A DNA stretch of 34,090 nt from Betaproteobacteria bacterium. Lineage in GTDB: Bacteria; Pseudomonadota; Gammaproteobacteria; Burkholderiales; JBEEJL01. Of this stretch, positions 27,585 to 34,090 are shown piece by piece (the stretch's first letter is position 1; the number at the start of each line of letters is the position of its first letter). The stretch covers positions 1-34,090 of the forward strand of contig JAYVGF010000094.1 in the NCBI GenBank assembly GCA_043772415.1, in the 5' to 3' direction. The notes below the pieces were generated by a model. It did not search any database, was not told the origin of the DNA, and was given only the letters and a program-made list of their open reading frames with translations. A program made the position numbers and the translations under genes.

Positions 27585-27878
27585 ATGTTCTCGATCAGGC
27601 CGCTTCCCGAATTCACCAGTTGGCTTGATGACCTTGCCGACGCAACGGTGCGCGGTGTGGTGGTGGCCAGAATCAAGCGATTGGAGCGGGGACTGATGGG
27701 TGACGTCGAGCCGATTGGCGAAGGCGTGTTGGAGTTGCGCATACATATTGGGGCTGGCTGGCGCGTGTACTTCACACAACGCGGTGCGCAAATAATAGTG
27801 TTGTTGGCAGGCGGTTCTAAGCGTTCGCAGAAGGCCGATATTAAGCGTGCCAAGACGCTAGCGGCTTTGTTGGATTGA
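27585..27878 (+). CDS. Type II toxin, RelE/ParE superfamily (addiction-module killer protein, TIGR02683-like)
   Basis: 97 aa. F..WL..L.D......+..RI.RL..G..GD.EP.GEGV.ELR...G.G.RVYF.Q.G....+LL.GG.K..Q..DI..A pattern. Confidence 0.8.
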   Translation: MFSIRPLPEFTSWLDDLADATVRGVVVARIKRLERGLMGDVEPIGEGVLELRIHIGAGWRVYFTQRGAQIIVLLAGGSKRSQKADIKRAKTLAALLD

Positions 27879-27893
27879 CTGGAGGAAATAGAC

Positions 27894-28196
27894 ATGACTA
27901 AACGCATTAAAGTGGCTGATTTGCCCGAGTTCGACGCCACGCCTTACCTTGACAGTGAGGCGTCCATCGCCGCTTACTTGACCGATATTTTAGAAGCAAA
28001 CGATGCCGCTTTACTGGCGGCGGCGCTGGGCGATATTGCCCGCGCACATGGCATGGCGGAGATAGCCAAAGCGGCCGGCATCACCCGCGAGGCCCTCTAC
28101 AAAGCGTTGCGCCCTGGTAGTGCCCCACGTTTTGACACCGTTAGTCGTGTATGCACAGCGCTTGGCGTGCGTCTGGTAGCGCAGGCTGTGCATTAG
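27894..28196 (+). CDS. Type II antitoxin, HTH (addiction-module antidote protein, TIGR02684/HigA-like)
   Basis: 100 aa. FD...YL.......AYL.........L..AL.DIARA.GM..+A...G++RE.LYKAL.....P.F.T...V..ALG++L pattern. GGAGG RBS. Its last His codon and TAG stop lie inside the repeat junction GCATTAGGCG. Confidence 0.8.
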   Translation: MTKRIKVADLPEFDATPYLDSEASIAAYLTDILEANDAALLAAALGDIARAHGMAEIAKAAGITREALYKALRPGSAPRFDTVSRVCTALGVRLVAQAVH

Positions 28197-28312
28197 GCGC
28201 GAAATTTGTGCTCAAGGATTTTCATAATGTTGTGTTGACCAATGGCAGCCTGCCGCTGACTTTGTTGGAACAATTGGTGGATGAATATATTGCGCGAAAA
28301 CAAGCGACGTGA
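28190..28312 (+). pseudogene. Orphan 3'-terminal fragment of a DUF885 gene (last 40 codons plus stop)
   Basis: Translates in frame to ALGAKFVLKDFHNVVLTNGSLPLTLLEQLVDEYIARKQAT*, against ..ALGAKFALKDFHNVVLTNGSLPLTLLEQLVDEYIARKQTT* at 27291-27413. It has no start codon or upstream coding sequence. Confidence 0.8.
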
Positions 28313-28374
28313 TGTTGTGAAGCTAAGATGAGGAATTAAAAAACGGGCCATCATGCGATGGCCCGTTTTATTTT
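28190..28374 (+). repeat. Direct repeat, copy 2 (DUF885 3' fragment plus terminator)
   Basis: See copy 1. The spacer between stop codon and terminator has diverged, but the hairpin is conserved. Confidence 0.9.
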
Positions 28375-28375
28375 G
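28341..28375. terminator. Bidirectional rho-independent terminator
   Basis: AAACGGGCCATC-ATGC-GATGGCCCGTTT with A-tract and T-tract flanks, between the DUF885 fragment (+) and the PPIase gene (-). Confidence 0.8.
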
Positions 28376-28410
28376 AATCAATATAACTATTTGATTATAT
28401 TGAATTATTT
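28376..28410 (-). repeat. AT-rich ~30-bp dispersed repeat, copy 5 (reverse orientation)
   Basis: The reverse complement AAATAATTCAATATAATCAAATAGTTATATTGATT matches the reference at about 27 of 31 positions. It overlaps the TAA stop of the PPIase gene. Confidence 0.7.
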
Positions 28411-29247
28411 CTCTTCAATTTTTGCCTTGGCGCGCATCTCGGCGATCATGGTTTCGATTTGCTGTTGTTGCAGGCGCGGCTTGAGTTGTTCTTTCACTTG
28501 ATTGAACTCAGGCTTTTTCGCGTCGCGTGAATCCTCCAGTTTGATGATGTGATAACCGAAGTCACTCTTCACTGGTGTTTGGCTGAAGGCGCCTTTTTTC
28601 AGAGCGACCATCGCGTCGGAGAACGGTTTAACGAAACGGTTCGGCGCTTGCCATTCGAGGTCGCCGCCATTTTTTGCCGAGCCTGCGTCTTTTGATTTGG
28701 CCGTGGCAATTTTGGCGAAGTCGCCTTTTTTGTTCAGCTCGGCGATGATGGCTTTGGCTTCATCTTCTTTCTCTACGAGTATATGTTTGGCGTGATATTC
28801 CTTGTCGCCCATCAGCGCGGTCATTTTTTCGTATTCGGCTTTGAGCAATTCGTCTTTGACCGGGTTGGCTTTGACGTATTCGCCTATCGCAGCGCGGCCC
28901 AAAATTTGTTGACGCATCATTTCCAATTGCATCGCGGTTTCAGGATTTTTATCCAGGCCTTTTTTCGTCGCTTCTTGCACGAGGATTTCCTGGTTGACCA
29001 GATTTTCTTTCACCATGTTGTGCAGTTCGGCGGAGTCGGGCTGGCCTTGCTGTTTGGCCATGTTGGCCATGAATTCAAAACGCGCGGCGGGAATCAATAC
29101 GCCGTTGACGCTGACTGATTTGGCCGGCACTTTTGCGACGGCGGTTTTTTCCGCAGGCTTGGCGGCAGCATCAGGTCCTTCGGCATAAGCGAAGGTAGTG
29201 AAAAGGGTAGCAACAGCCAGGGCCAGCAAAGATTTTTGATAAGACAT
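28405..29247 (-). CDS. Periplasmic peptidylprolyl isomerase, parvulin (PpiC) type
   Basis: Signal peptide, a SurA-like N-terminal chaperone region, and a parvulin domain (HILV..E..A, S.D..SA..GGDL.W and GYHIIK motifs). Confidence 0.85.
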   Translation of the reverse strand: MSYQKSLLALAVATLFTTFAYAEGPDAAAKPAEKTAVAKVPAKSVSVNGVLIPAARFEFMANMAKQQGQPDSAELHNMVKENLVNQEILVQEATKKGLDKNPETAMQLEMMRQQILGRAAIGEYVKANPVKDELLKAEYEKMTALMGDKEYHAKHILVEKEDEAKAIIAELNKKGDFAKIATAKSKDAGSAKNGGDLEWQAPNRFVKPFSDAMVALKKGAFSQTPVKSDFGYHIIKLEDSRDAKKPEFNQVKEQLKPRLQQQQIETMIAEMRAKAKIEEK

Positions 29248-29285
29248 CTCGGTTCCTTAGTAAAGTGAAAACAAAAAAATAGAAT

Positions 29286-29552
29286 TTATAATTCGGCAGC
29301 AGTGTACGCCGTTATGCTTAATGCGTGTATATCCTTCTGCATCAATTCCCCCAACGCGTCGTACACCATACGATGCCTTGCCAGCGTCGGTTTGCCGGCA
29401 AAACTATCTGACACGATAGTCAGGAAAAAGTGCCCTCCGCCGGATTTCGCCCCGGCGTGCCCTGCGTGCGAGGCGCTATCATCGGTAATTTTCAATTCGG
29501 TTGGAGATAAAGCGGCAAGCTTTTCCTTTATTTTGGCGACAGTATTGCTCAC
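29286..29552 (-). CDS. BolA family transcriptional regulator / Fe-S assembly factor
   Basis: L.I.D.S..H.GH, F...IVS..F.G....RH+.VY..L and IHAL.I motifs. The GTG start at 29552 overlaps the yciI TGA (GTGA). The upstream extension in the track overlaps yciI and is unlikely. Confidence 0.8.
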   Translation of the reverse strand: MSNTVAKIKEKLAALSPTELKITDDSASHAGHAGAKSGGGHFFLTIVSDSFAGKPTLARHRMVYDALGELMQKDIHALSITAYTAAEL

Positions 29553-29851
29553 GCCGGGAACACTCGCTTGAACGGCTTGACCGTCACTTTGGCATACACG
29601 CCGGCTGCAACATAAGGATCGGCAGCGGCCCAAGCTTGCGCCGCTTCGAGCGAGGTGAATTCAGCGACAATTAGCGACCCGCTGAAACCATTCGGGCCGG
29701 GGTCTGCGCTATCGATAGCCGGATGGGGGCCGGCGATTATCATACGGCCTTCGCTTTGCAGCGCGGCGAGGCGCGCACGATGCGCATCGACGACGCTTTT
29801 GCGTTTGTCGAGAGAGTTTACAACGTCTTCAGCAATGATGGCATACAGCAT
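29549..29851 (-). CDS. YciI family protein
   Basis: 100 aa. MLYAI...D......R...+..H...L......G....AGP, ....A..W...DPY..AG.+ pattern. Confidence 0.8.
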   Translation of the reverse strand: MLYAIIAEDVVNSLDKRKSVVDAHRARLAALQSEGRMIIAGPHPAIDSADPGPNGFSGSLIVAEFTSLEAAQAWAAADPYVAAGVYAKVTVKPFKRVFPA

Positions 29852-29855
29852 TTTA

Positions 29856-30404
29856 TTAGGACTCGTCGTTAGGAATATATTTGTGCAGCCAGATGCCTTG
29901 CCCGATGACGAAAATGATCATCAGGACAATCCAGCCGAATAGTTTGAAGCTGACCCAGGTTTCGGTGGAGAAGTTGAATGCGACATATAAATTCAGTACG
30001 CCGAAACAGGCAAAAAATAATGCCCAGCTAATATTCACTTTGCTCCACACCGCGTCGGGTAGCGTTAGTTCTTTGCCCATCAGTTTACGCATCAAATTAG
30101 TATTGAAGCCGAATTGCGCAACCAACAAGCCGCTGGCGAACAACCAATACAACACGGTCGGTTTCCATTTAATAAAATTTTCGTTATGAAAATAAATCGT
30201 CGCGCCGCCGAATACGGTCACGATGACCAAGGTCACCCACAACATCGGATCAATTTTTTTCTGGCGAAAATATAACCAGCCGATTTGCGCGAACGATGCG
30301 GCGATCGCGACGCTGGTCGCGATATAAATATCAAAGGTTTTGAATGCGGCAAAAAACAGCACCAAGGGAAATAAATCGAATAGAAATTTTTTCATATATT
30401 TCAA
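29856..30404 (-). CDS. yciB: Intracellular septation protein A
   Basis: [12 protein letters not shown]...K..DIY.AT...I motif, five TM segments, and a position upstream of yciI. The alternative start is at 30395. Confidence 0.85.
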   Translation of the reverse strand: MKYMKKFLFDLFPLVLFFAAFKTFDIYIATSVAIAASFAQIGWLYFRQKKIDPMLWVTLVIVTVFGGATIYFHNENFIKWKPTVLYWLFASGLLVAQFGFNTNLMRKLMGKELTLPDAVWSKVNISWALFFACFGVLNLYVAFNFSTETWVSFKLFGWIVLMIIFVIGQGIWLHKYIPNDES

Positions 30405-30413
30405 TAGATTATA

Positions 30414-31184
30414 TTAGTGTCGTGCAGCCCAGCGAGCGTGCTCGCCGTGTAATACGTCTTTCACTTCATCGGAAAACGCGGGATGTTGCGCTAATCGTAT
30501 CGCTTCTTCAAAAAAGCCTGCGCATTCTTCCGGCAAATGATCGCCGAGCGCTTTGAAGGCGAACGACATCATGCGCATATCTTGCGAGCGGATGGCGACA
30601 ATGGCGAAATTCAAATTCAAAATGCGCCACGGACGTTGCGGATCGGATTTTTCCAGATCGTGTTGATAGCGCGGCGCGAGATGTTTGATCACGCCTTGTT
30701 GGATGCCGTAAATCGCCGCCAGCGCTTCCTTGCTGCCCGCTTCGTTGGCGCGCAAGGCGAGGGCGTTGACTACCGGCTCGGCAACGCCAATATCGCATTC
30801 ATGCCGTACCGCCCACAACGCCACGCCGACGATGGTGTCGTGCAACGCAGTTTGCAAACGACCGAGCTCCAAACGCGGTAACCAGTTGCCGAGTTCGGCT
30901 AAATAGCGAATCGCGTGGTCGGATAATTCCTCCGCGTCTTCAATTGGCAACGCGCCTTCCGCGCCATATTCTTTGTCGAGTTTTTCAAACAGCGCGAAAA
31001 TTTCGTAAATCGTGTTGATCAATTGCGGTGGCGCATGCTCCGCCGCATCGCCATGCATTTTTTTCGCATACGCCTCGCGCACGGGGCCGACCAGCGTATC
31101 AAAGCTGTTGCGGATGTCGCGCGACGCTTCGGTGCGCATGTCGTTTTGCAGGTTACTAAGGTCTATCGGTTTGATTTCAATCAT
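30414..31184 (-). CDS. Hypothetical cytoplasmic all-helical protein, no recognised domain
   Basis: 256-aa ORF with host-like codon usage, no TM segments and no signal peptide. It lies between yciB and the divergent PHP phosphoesterase gene. Confidence 0.6.
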   Translation of the reverse strand: MIEIKPIDLSNLQNDMRTEASRDIRNSFDTLVGPVREAYAKKMHGDAAEHAPPQLINTIYEIFALFEKLDKEYGAEGALPIEDAEELSDHAIRYLAELGNWLPRLELGRLQTALHDTIVGVALWAVRHECDIGVAEPVVNALALRANEAGSKEALAAIYGIQQGVIKHLAPRYQHDLEKSDPQRPWRILNLNFAIVAIRSQDMRMMSFAFKALGDHLPEECAGFFEEAIRLAQHPAFSDEVKDVLHGEHARWAARH

Positions 31185-31247
31185 TTATTTCATTTGCCTG
31201 AATTCGAATGATGCGCGACGAACGCGCAGGAAACCCCGTATTTTGCT

Positions 31248-32141
31248 ATGATTTGCCCTTGCATCACAACTTTATTCGCAGACGGCATCCTCTTGCTCAA
31301 TATTGATCTTCACAGTCACTCCAACATTTCCGACGGCACGTTGCCGCCGGCCGAGTTAGTGCGACGTGCCGCGAGCAGTGGCGTCGAGGTATTGGCGCTG
31401 ACCGACCACGACAATATCGGCGGTTTGGATGAAGCGCGCGCGGAAGCGCAAAAACTCGGCGTGTTGTTTGTCAACGGCGTGGAAGTGTCTGTGTCTTGGG
31501 AAAAAACCACGTTACATATCGTCGGCCTCGGCATCGATCCTTACAACACCGAGTTGACCGCAGGCTTGCACAGCATCCGCTCCGGCCGTCATGCGCGCGC
31601 GAAATTGATGGCAGCAGATTTGATGCGCGTCGGCTTGCCCGATATCCTCGAAGGCGCTTACACCTATGCCAACAATCGCGACATGATAGGCCGCGCGCAC
31701 TTCGCGCGTTACATGGCGGAACAAGGTTTAGTCACCGATACTAAATCCGCGTTCAAAAAATATTTAGTCAAAGGCAAACCGGGCTTCGTGCCGCATCAAT
31801 GGGCGACGTTGTCCGATACGGTAAATTGGATCGTCGGCGCGGGTGGTATTGCCGTCGTCGCGCATCCCGGCCGTTACGATATTTCCGGCGCGGCCATGCG
31901 GCGTTTGCTCACCGAATTCAAATCGCTCGGTGGTCGCGCGATAGAAGTGGTCACTAGCAACCACACCAAAGACCAGGCAGGACAATACGGCGCGTTGGCC
32001 AAAGAATTTGAGCTGGCCGCCTCGCGCGGCTCCGATTATCACGGTCCGGGCGAAAGTTACACCGAGCCGGGGCGTTTGCCCAATTTGCCGACGGATTTAA
32101 CAGCAGTATGGGACGCCCATCCGATTATCCATTTCAAATAA
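31248..32141 (+). CDS. PHP-domain phosphoesterase (YciV/TrpH-like 3',5'-nucleoside bisphosphate phosphatase)
   Basis: IDLHSHS..SDG, L.LTDHD, G.E.S, AHP and GSD.H metal-ligand motifs. The start is uncertain: ATG at 31248, or TTG at 31293 giving MLNIDLHSH. Confidence 0.85.
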   Translation: MICPCITTLFADGILLLNIDLHSHSNISDGTLPPAELVRRAASSGVEVLALTDHDNIGGLDEARAEAQKLGVLFVNGVEVSVSWEKTTLHIVGLGIDPYNTELTAGLHSIRSGRHARAKLMAADLMRVGLPDILEGAYTYANNRDMIGRAHFARYMAEQGLVTDTKSAFKKYLVKGKPGFVPHQWATLSDTVNWIVGAGGIAVVAHPGRYDISGAAMRRLLTEFKSLGGRAIEVVTSNHTKDQAGQYGALAKEFELAASRGSDYHGPGESYTEPGRLPNLPTDLTAVWDAHPIIHFK

Positions 32142-32150
32142 AAAAAATCC

Positions 32151-32777
32151 ATGTCACAGTATTTTGAAATTCATCCAGACAATCCGCAGCAACGCCTGAT
32201 ACGCAGCGCGGTCGATATCATCCGCAAAGGCGGCGTCATCGTCTATCCGACCGATTCCTGTTACGCCCTCGGCTGTCACATCGGCGACAAAGCCGCGATG
32301 GAACGCATCCGTCGTATTCGTGATGTGGACGAACATCATCACTTCACTTTGGTGTGTCGCGATTTATCCGAAGTCGGCAAATTCGCCCGCGTGGATAATC
32401 TGCAATATCGCCTGATCAAACAACACACGCCGGGAAGCTACACGTTTATATTGCAGGCCACCGGCGATGTGCCGAAGCGTTTGCTCAATCCCAAGCGCAG
32501 CACTATAGGCGTACGCGTGCCATCGCATCCGGTAGCGCATGCGCTGCTGGCGGAATTGAACGAGCCGCTATTGAGTTCAACCTTGATTATGCCCGGCGAT
32601 GATGAGCCGTTGAACGACGCGCACGAAATGCGCGAAAGACTAGAGCACGATGTCGATTTAATCCTGGATAGCGGGTCATGCGGCACCGATATGACCACCG
32701 TGATAGATTTAAGCCACACGCTGCCCGTGCTTATTCGTCAAGGTAAGGGCGACATTACTTCGTTCAGTTTTGAATGA
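32151..32777 (+). CDS. yciO: L-threonylcarbamoyladenylate synthase family protein (YciO/Sua5/YrdC)
   Basis: YPTDS.YALGC, FTL.C.DLS, PG.YTFIL, R.T+G+R+P.H and L.S.S motifs. Adjacent to the yciV-like gene, as in E. coli. Confidence 0.85.
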   Translation: MSQYFEIHPDNPQQRLIRSAVDIIRKGGVIVYPTDSCYALGCHIGDKAAMERIRRIRDVDEHHHFTLVCRDLSEVGKFARVDNLQYRLIKQHTPGSYTFILQATGDVPKRLLNPKRSTIGVRVPSHPVAHALLAELNEPLLSSTLIMPGDDEPLNDAHEMRERLEHDVDLILDSGSCGTDMTTVIDLSHTLPVLIRQGKGDITSFSFE

Positions 32778-32821
32778 TATTGTAAGTATATGATTATATT
32801 AAATATTTTAGGATAAACATT

Positions 32822-33469
32822 TTGGAAGAAATCATAAAAAATATCGCCATTTACGCCATCCCCGTGATTTTCGCCGTGACCGTGCATGAGGCCGCGCACG
32901 GATACGTAGCGAAGTTTTTCGGCGATCCGACTGCCTATATGCTCGGACGCGTGACACTCAATCCGGTCAAGCACATCGACCCTATCGGAACCATTGCCTT
33001 GCCCCTGTTTCTTTTATTGGTGAGTTCAGGCGGCTTGCTGTTTGGTTACGCCAAACCCGTACCGGTTAATTTCGGTCAGTTACGCAAACCTAAACAACAT
33101 ATGTTGTGGGTGGCCGCCGCAGGGCCGGGGGCGAATCTAGTCATGCTGCTTATTTGGGCACTGCTATTCAAGCTCGGGATCGGCAATGCGCTAGGTGGGT
33201 TTAGCGAACCTTTGGTGCTCATCGCCAAGGCGGGCATCATTATCAATGCTTCGCTGATGGTGCTGAACTTGTTGCCCATCCTGCCGCTTGATGGCGGCCG
33301 TATCACCGCTAGCTTGTTGCCGATGAGCCTCGCGCGACCTTATTCGCAATTGGAGCAATACGGCATGTTCATCGTCATTGGTTTGCTTGCGACAGGTGTG
33401 TTAAGCAAAATCATGGGACCGCTGATGGAATTCGTCTTGAACCTCACGTCAAAATTATTCGGCATTTAA
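32822..33469 (+). CDS. Site-2 protease family (peptidase M50) membrane protein
   Basis: HEAAHG zinc motif in TM1, a polytopic fold and NLLPI.PLDGG motif. TTG start. Confidence 0.85.
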   Translation: MEEIIKNIAIYAIPVIFAVTVHEAAHGYVAKFFGDPTAYMLGRVTLNPVKHIDPIGTIALPLFLLLVSSGGLLFGYAKPVPVNFGQLRKPKQHMLWVAAAGPGANLVMLLIWALLFKLGIGNALGGFSEPLVLIAKAGIIINASLMVLNLLPILPLDGGRITASLLPMSLARPYSQLEQYGMFIVIGLLATGVLSKIMGPLMEFVLNLTSKLFGI

Positions 33470-33494
33470 TTTACCCCTACAGGAAAAAAACAAT

Positions 33495-34090
33495 ATGTAT
33501 CCCGACCGCGTCTTGTCCGGCATGCGCCCCAGCGGCGCACTCCATCTCGGTAATTATCACGGCGCTTTGAAAAATTGGGTCAAGCTGCAGCATGAATACG
33601 AATGTTTATTCTTCGTCGCCGACTGGCACGCGCTCACCACGCATTACGAAGACCCCGCCATCATCGAGCAGACGGTGTGGGACATGTTCGTCGACTGGCT
33701 TGCGTGCGGGGTGGACCCGTCCAAGGCGACGCTCTTCGCGCAGTCGAAGGTCCCCCAGCACGCGGAGCTCACGCTGCTGCTGTCGTTCTTCACGCCGCTC
33801 GCGTGGCTGGAGCGCGTGCCCACCTACAAGGACCAGGTCGAGAAGCTCGGCGAGCGCGGCATGGACCTCACGACCTACGGCTTCCTCGGCTACCCGCTGA
33901 TGCAGGCCGCGGACATCCTCATCTACCGCGCCACCAAGGTGCCCGTGGGCGACGACCAGGTGGCGCACATCGAGCTCACGCGCGAATTGGCGCGGCGCTT
34001 CAACCACCTCTTCGGCAAGGAAAAGGGCTTCGCGGAAAAGGCGGAGGCCGCCGTGAAGAAGATGGGCCCGAAGAAGGCCAAGCTCTACCG
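33495..34090 (+). CDS. trpS: Tryptophan--tRNA ligase (5' part, runs off the window)
   Basis: Hand translation gives MYPDRVLSGMRPSGALHLGNYHGALKNWVKLQHEYECLFFVADWHALTT...GYPLMQAADIL..VPVGDDQ..H.EL.R..A.RFN. A HIGH-type motif (HLGNYHG) is present. RBS AGGA. The gene is absent from the track because no stop codon falls in the window. Confidence 0.9.
   Translation, partial: MYPDRVLSGMRPSGALHLGNYHGALKNWVKLQHEYECLFFVADWHALTTHYEDPAIIEQTVWDMFVDWLACGVDPSKATLFAQSKVPQHAELTLLLSFFTPLAWLERVPTYKDQVEKLGERGMDLTTYGFLGYPLMQAADILIYRATKVPVGDDQVAHIELTRELARRFNHLFGKEKGFAEKAEAAVKKMGPKKAKLY

Noticed and set aside
27294-27791. 165-aa minus-strand ORF. Together with the 62-aa ORF at 28193-28381 it shares a near-identical peptide (..SRRLF.RNIFIHQLFQQSQRQAAIGQHNI.KILE.KF.A).
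   Set aside because: Both are antisense read-outs of the duplicated DUF885 3' end. The larger one also overlaps the terminator, the promoter and the toxin gene on the opposite strand. The shared peptide is a symptom of the DNA repeat, not a gene family.
33592-34007. 102-aa (+) and 133-aa (-) Arg/Ser-rich ORFs overlapping trpS.
   Set aside because: These are off-frame and antisense ORFs of the kind that high-GC DNA generates. The trpS frame has unambiguous class I aaRS motifs.

Overview
Chromosomal, mostly housekeeping segment (about 50% GC). The synteny looks betaproteobacterial: exbB-exbD-lpxK-trm112-kdsB-adk, ygfZ/ygfX-like, purL, ppiC-bolA-yciI-yciB, a yciV-like PHP gene with yciO, and trpS. 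This lineage guess is inference from gene order only. I call 38 protein-coding genes, including a 59-aa Trm112-like gene and a partial trpS that are absent from the ORF track. I found no rRNA, tRNA, CRISPR array, transposase or integrase. There is no large uncharacterised multi-gene system here. The features that annotation does not explain are as follows. (1) A RelE/ParE-type toxin plus HTH antitoxin cassette with a consensus, apparently leaderless promoter sits at the 3' end of a DUF885 gene. It is bracketed by about 180-bp direct repeats, each a copy of that gene's last 123 nt plus its terminator. (2) A roughly 30-bp AT-rich repeat with an IHF-consensus core occurs five times, once in frame inside lpxK. 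(3) A 630-bp intergenic region is filled with at least five palindromic or MITE-like units, and a 110-bp composite repeat follows two unrelated minus-strand genes. (4) Codon usage changes abruptly inside trpS at the window edge, which suggests a chimera or recombination. (5) A pyrophosphate-economy gene set is present: PPi-PFK, a K+-independent H+-PPase and a soluble PPase. (6) Three DnaA-box-like 9-mers lie next to an AT-rich tract. All family assignments rest on motif recognition from memory, not on searches.
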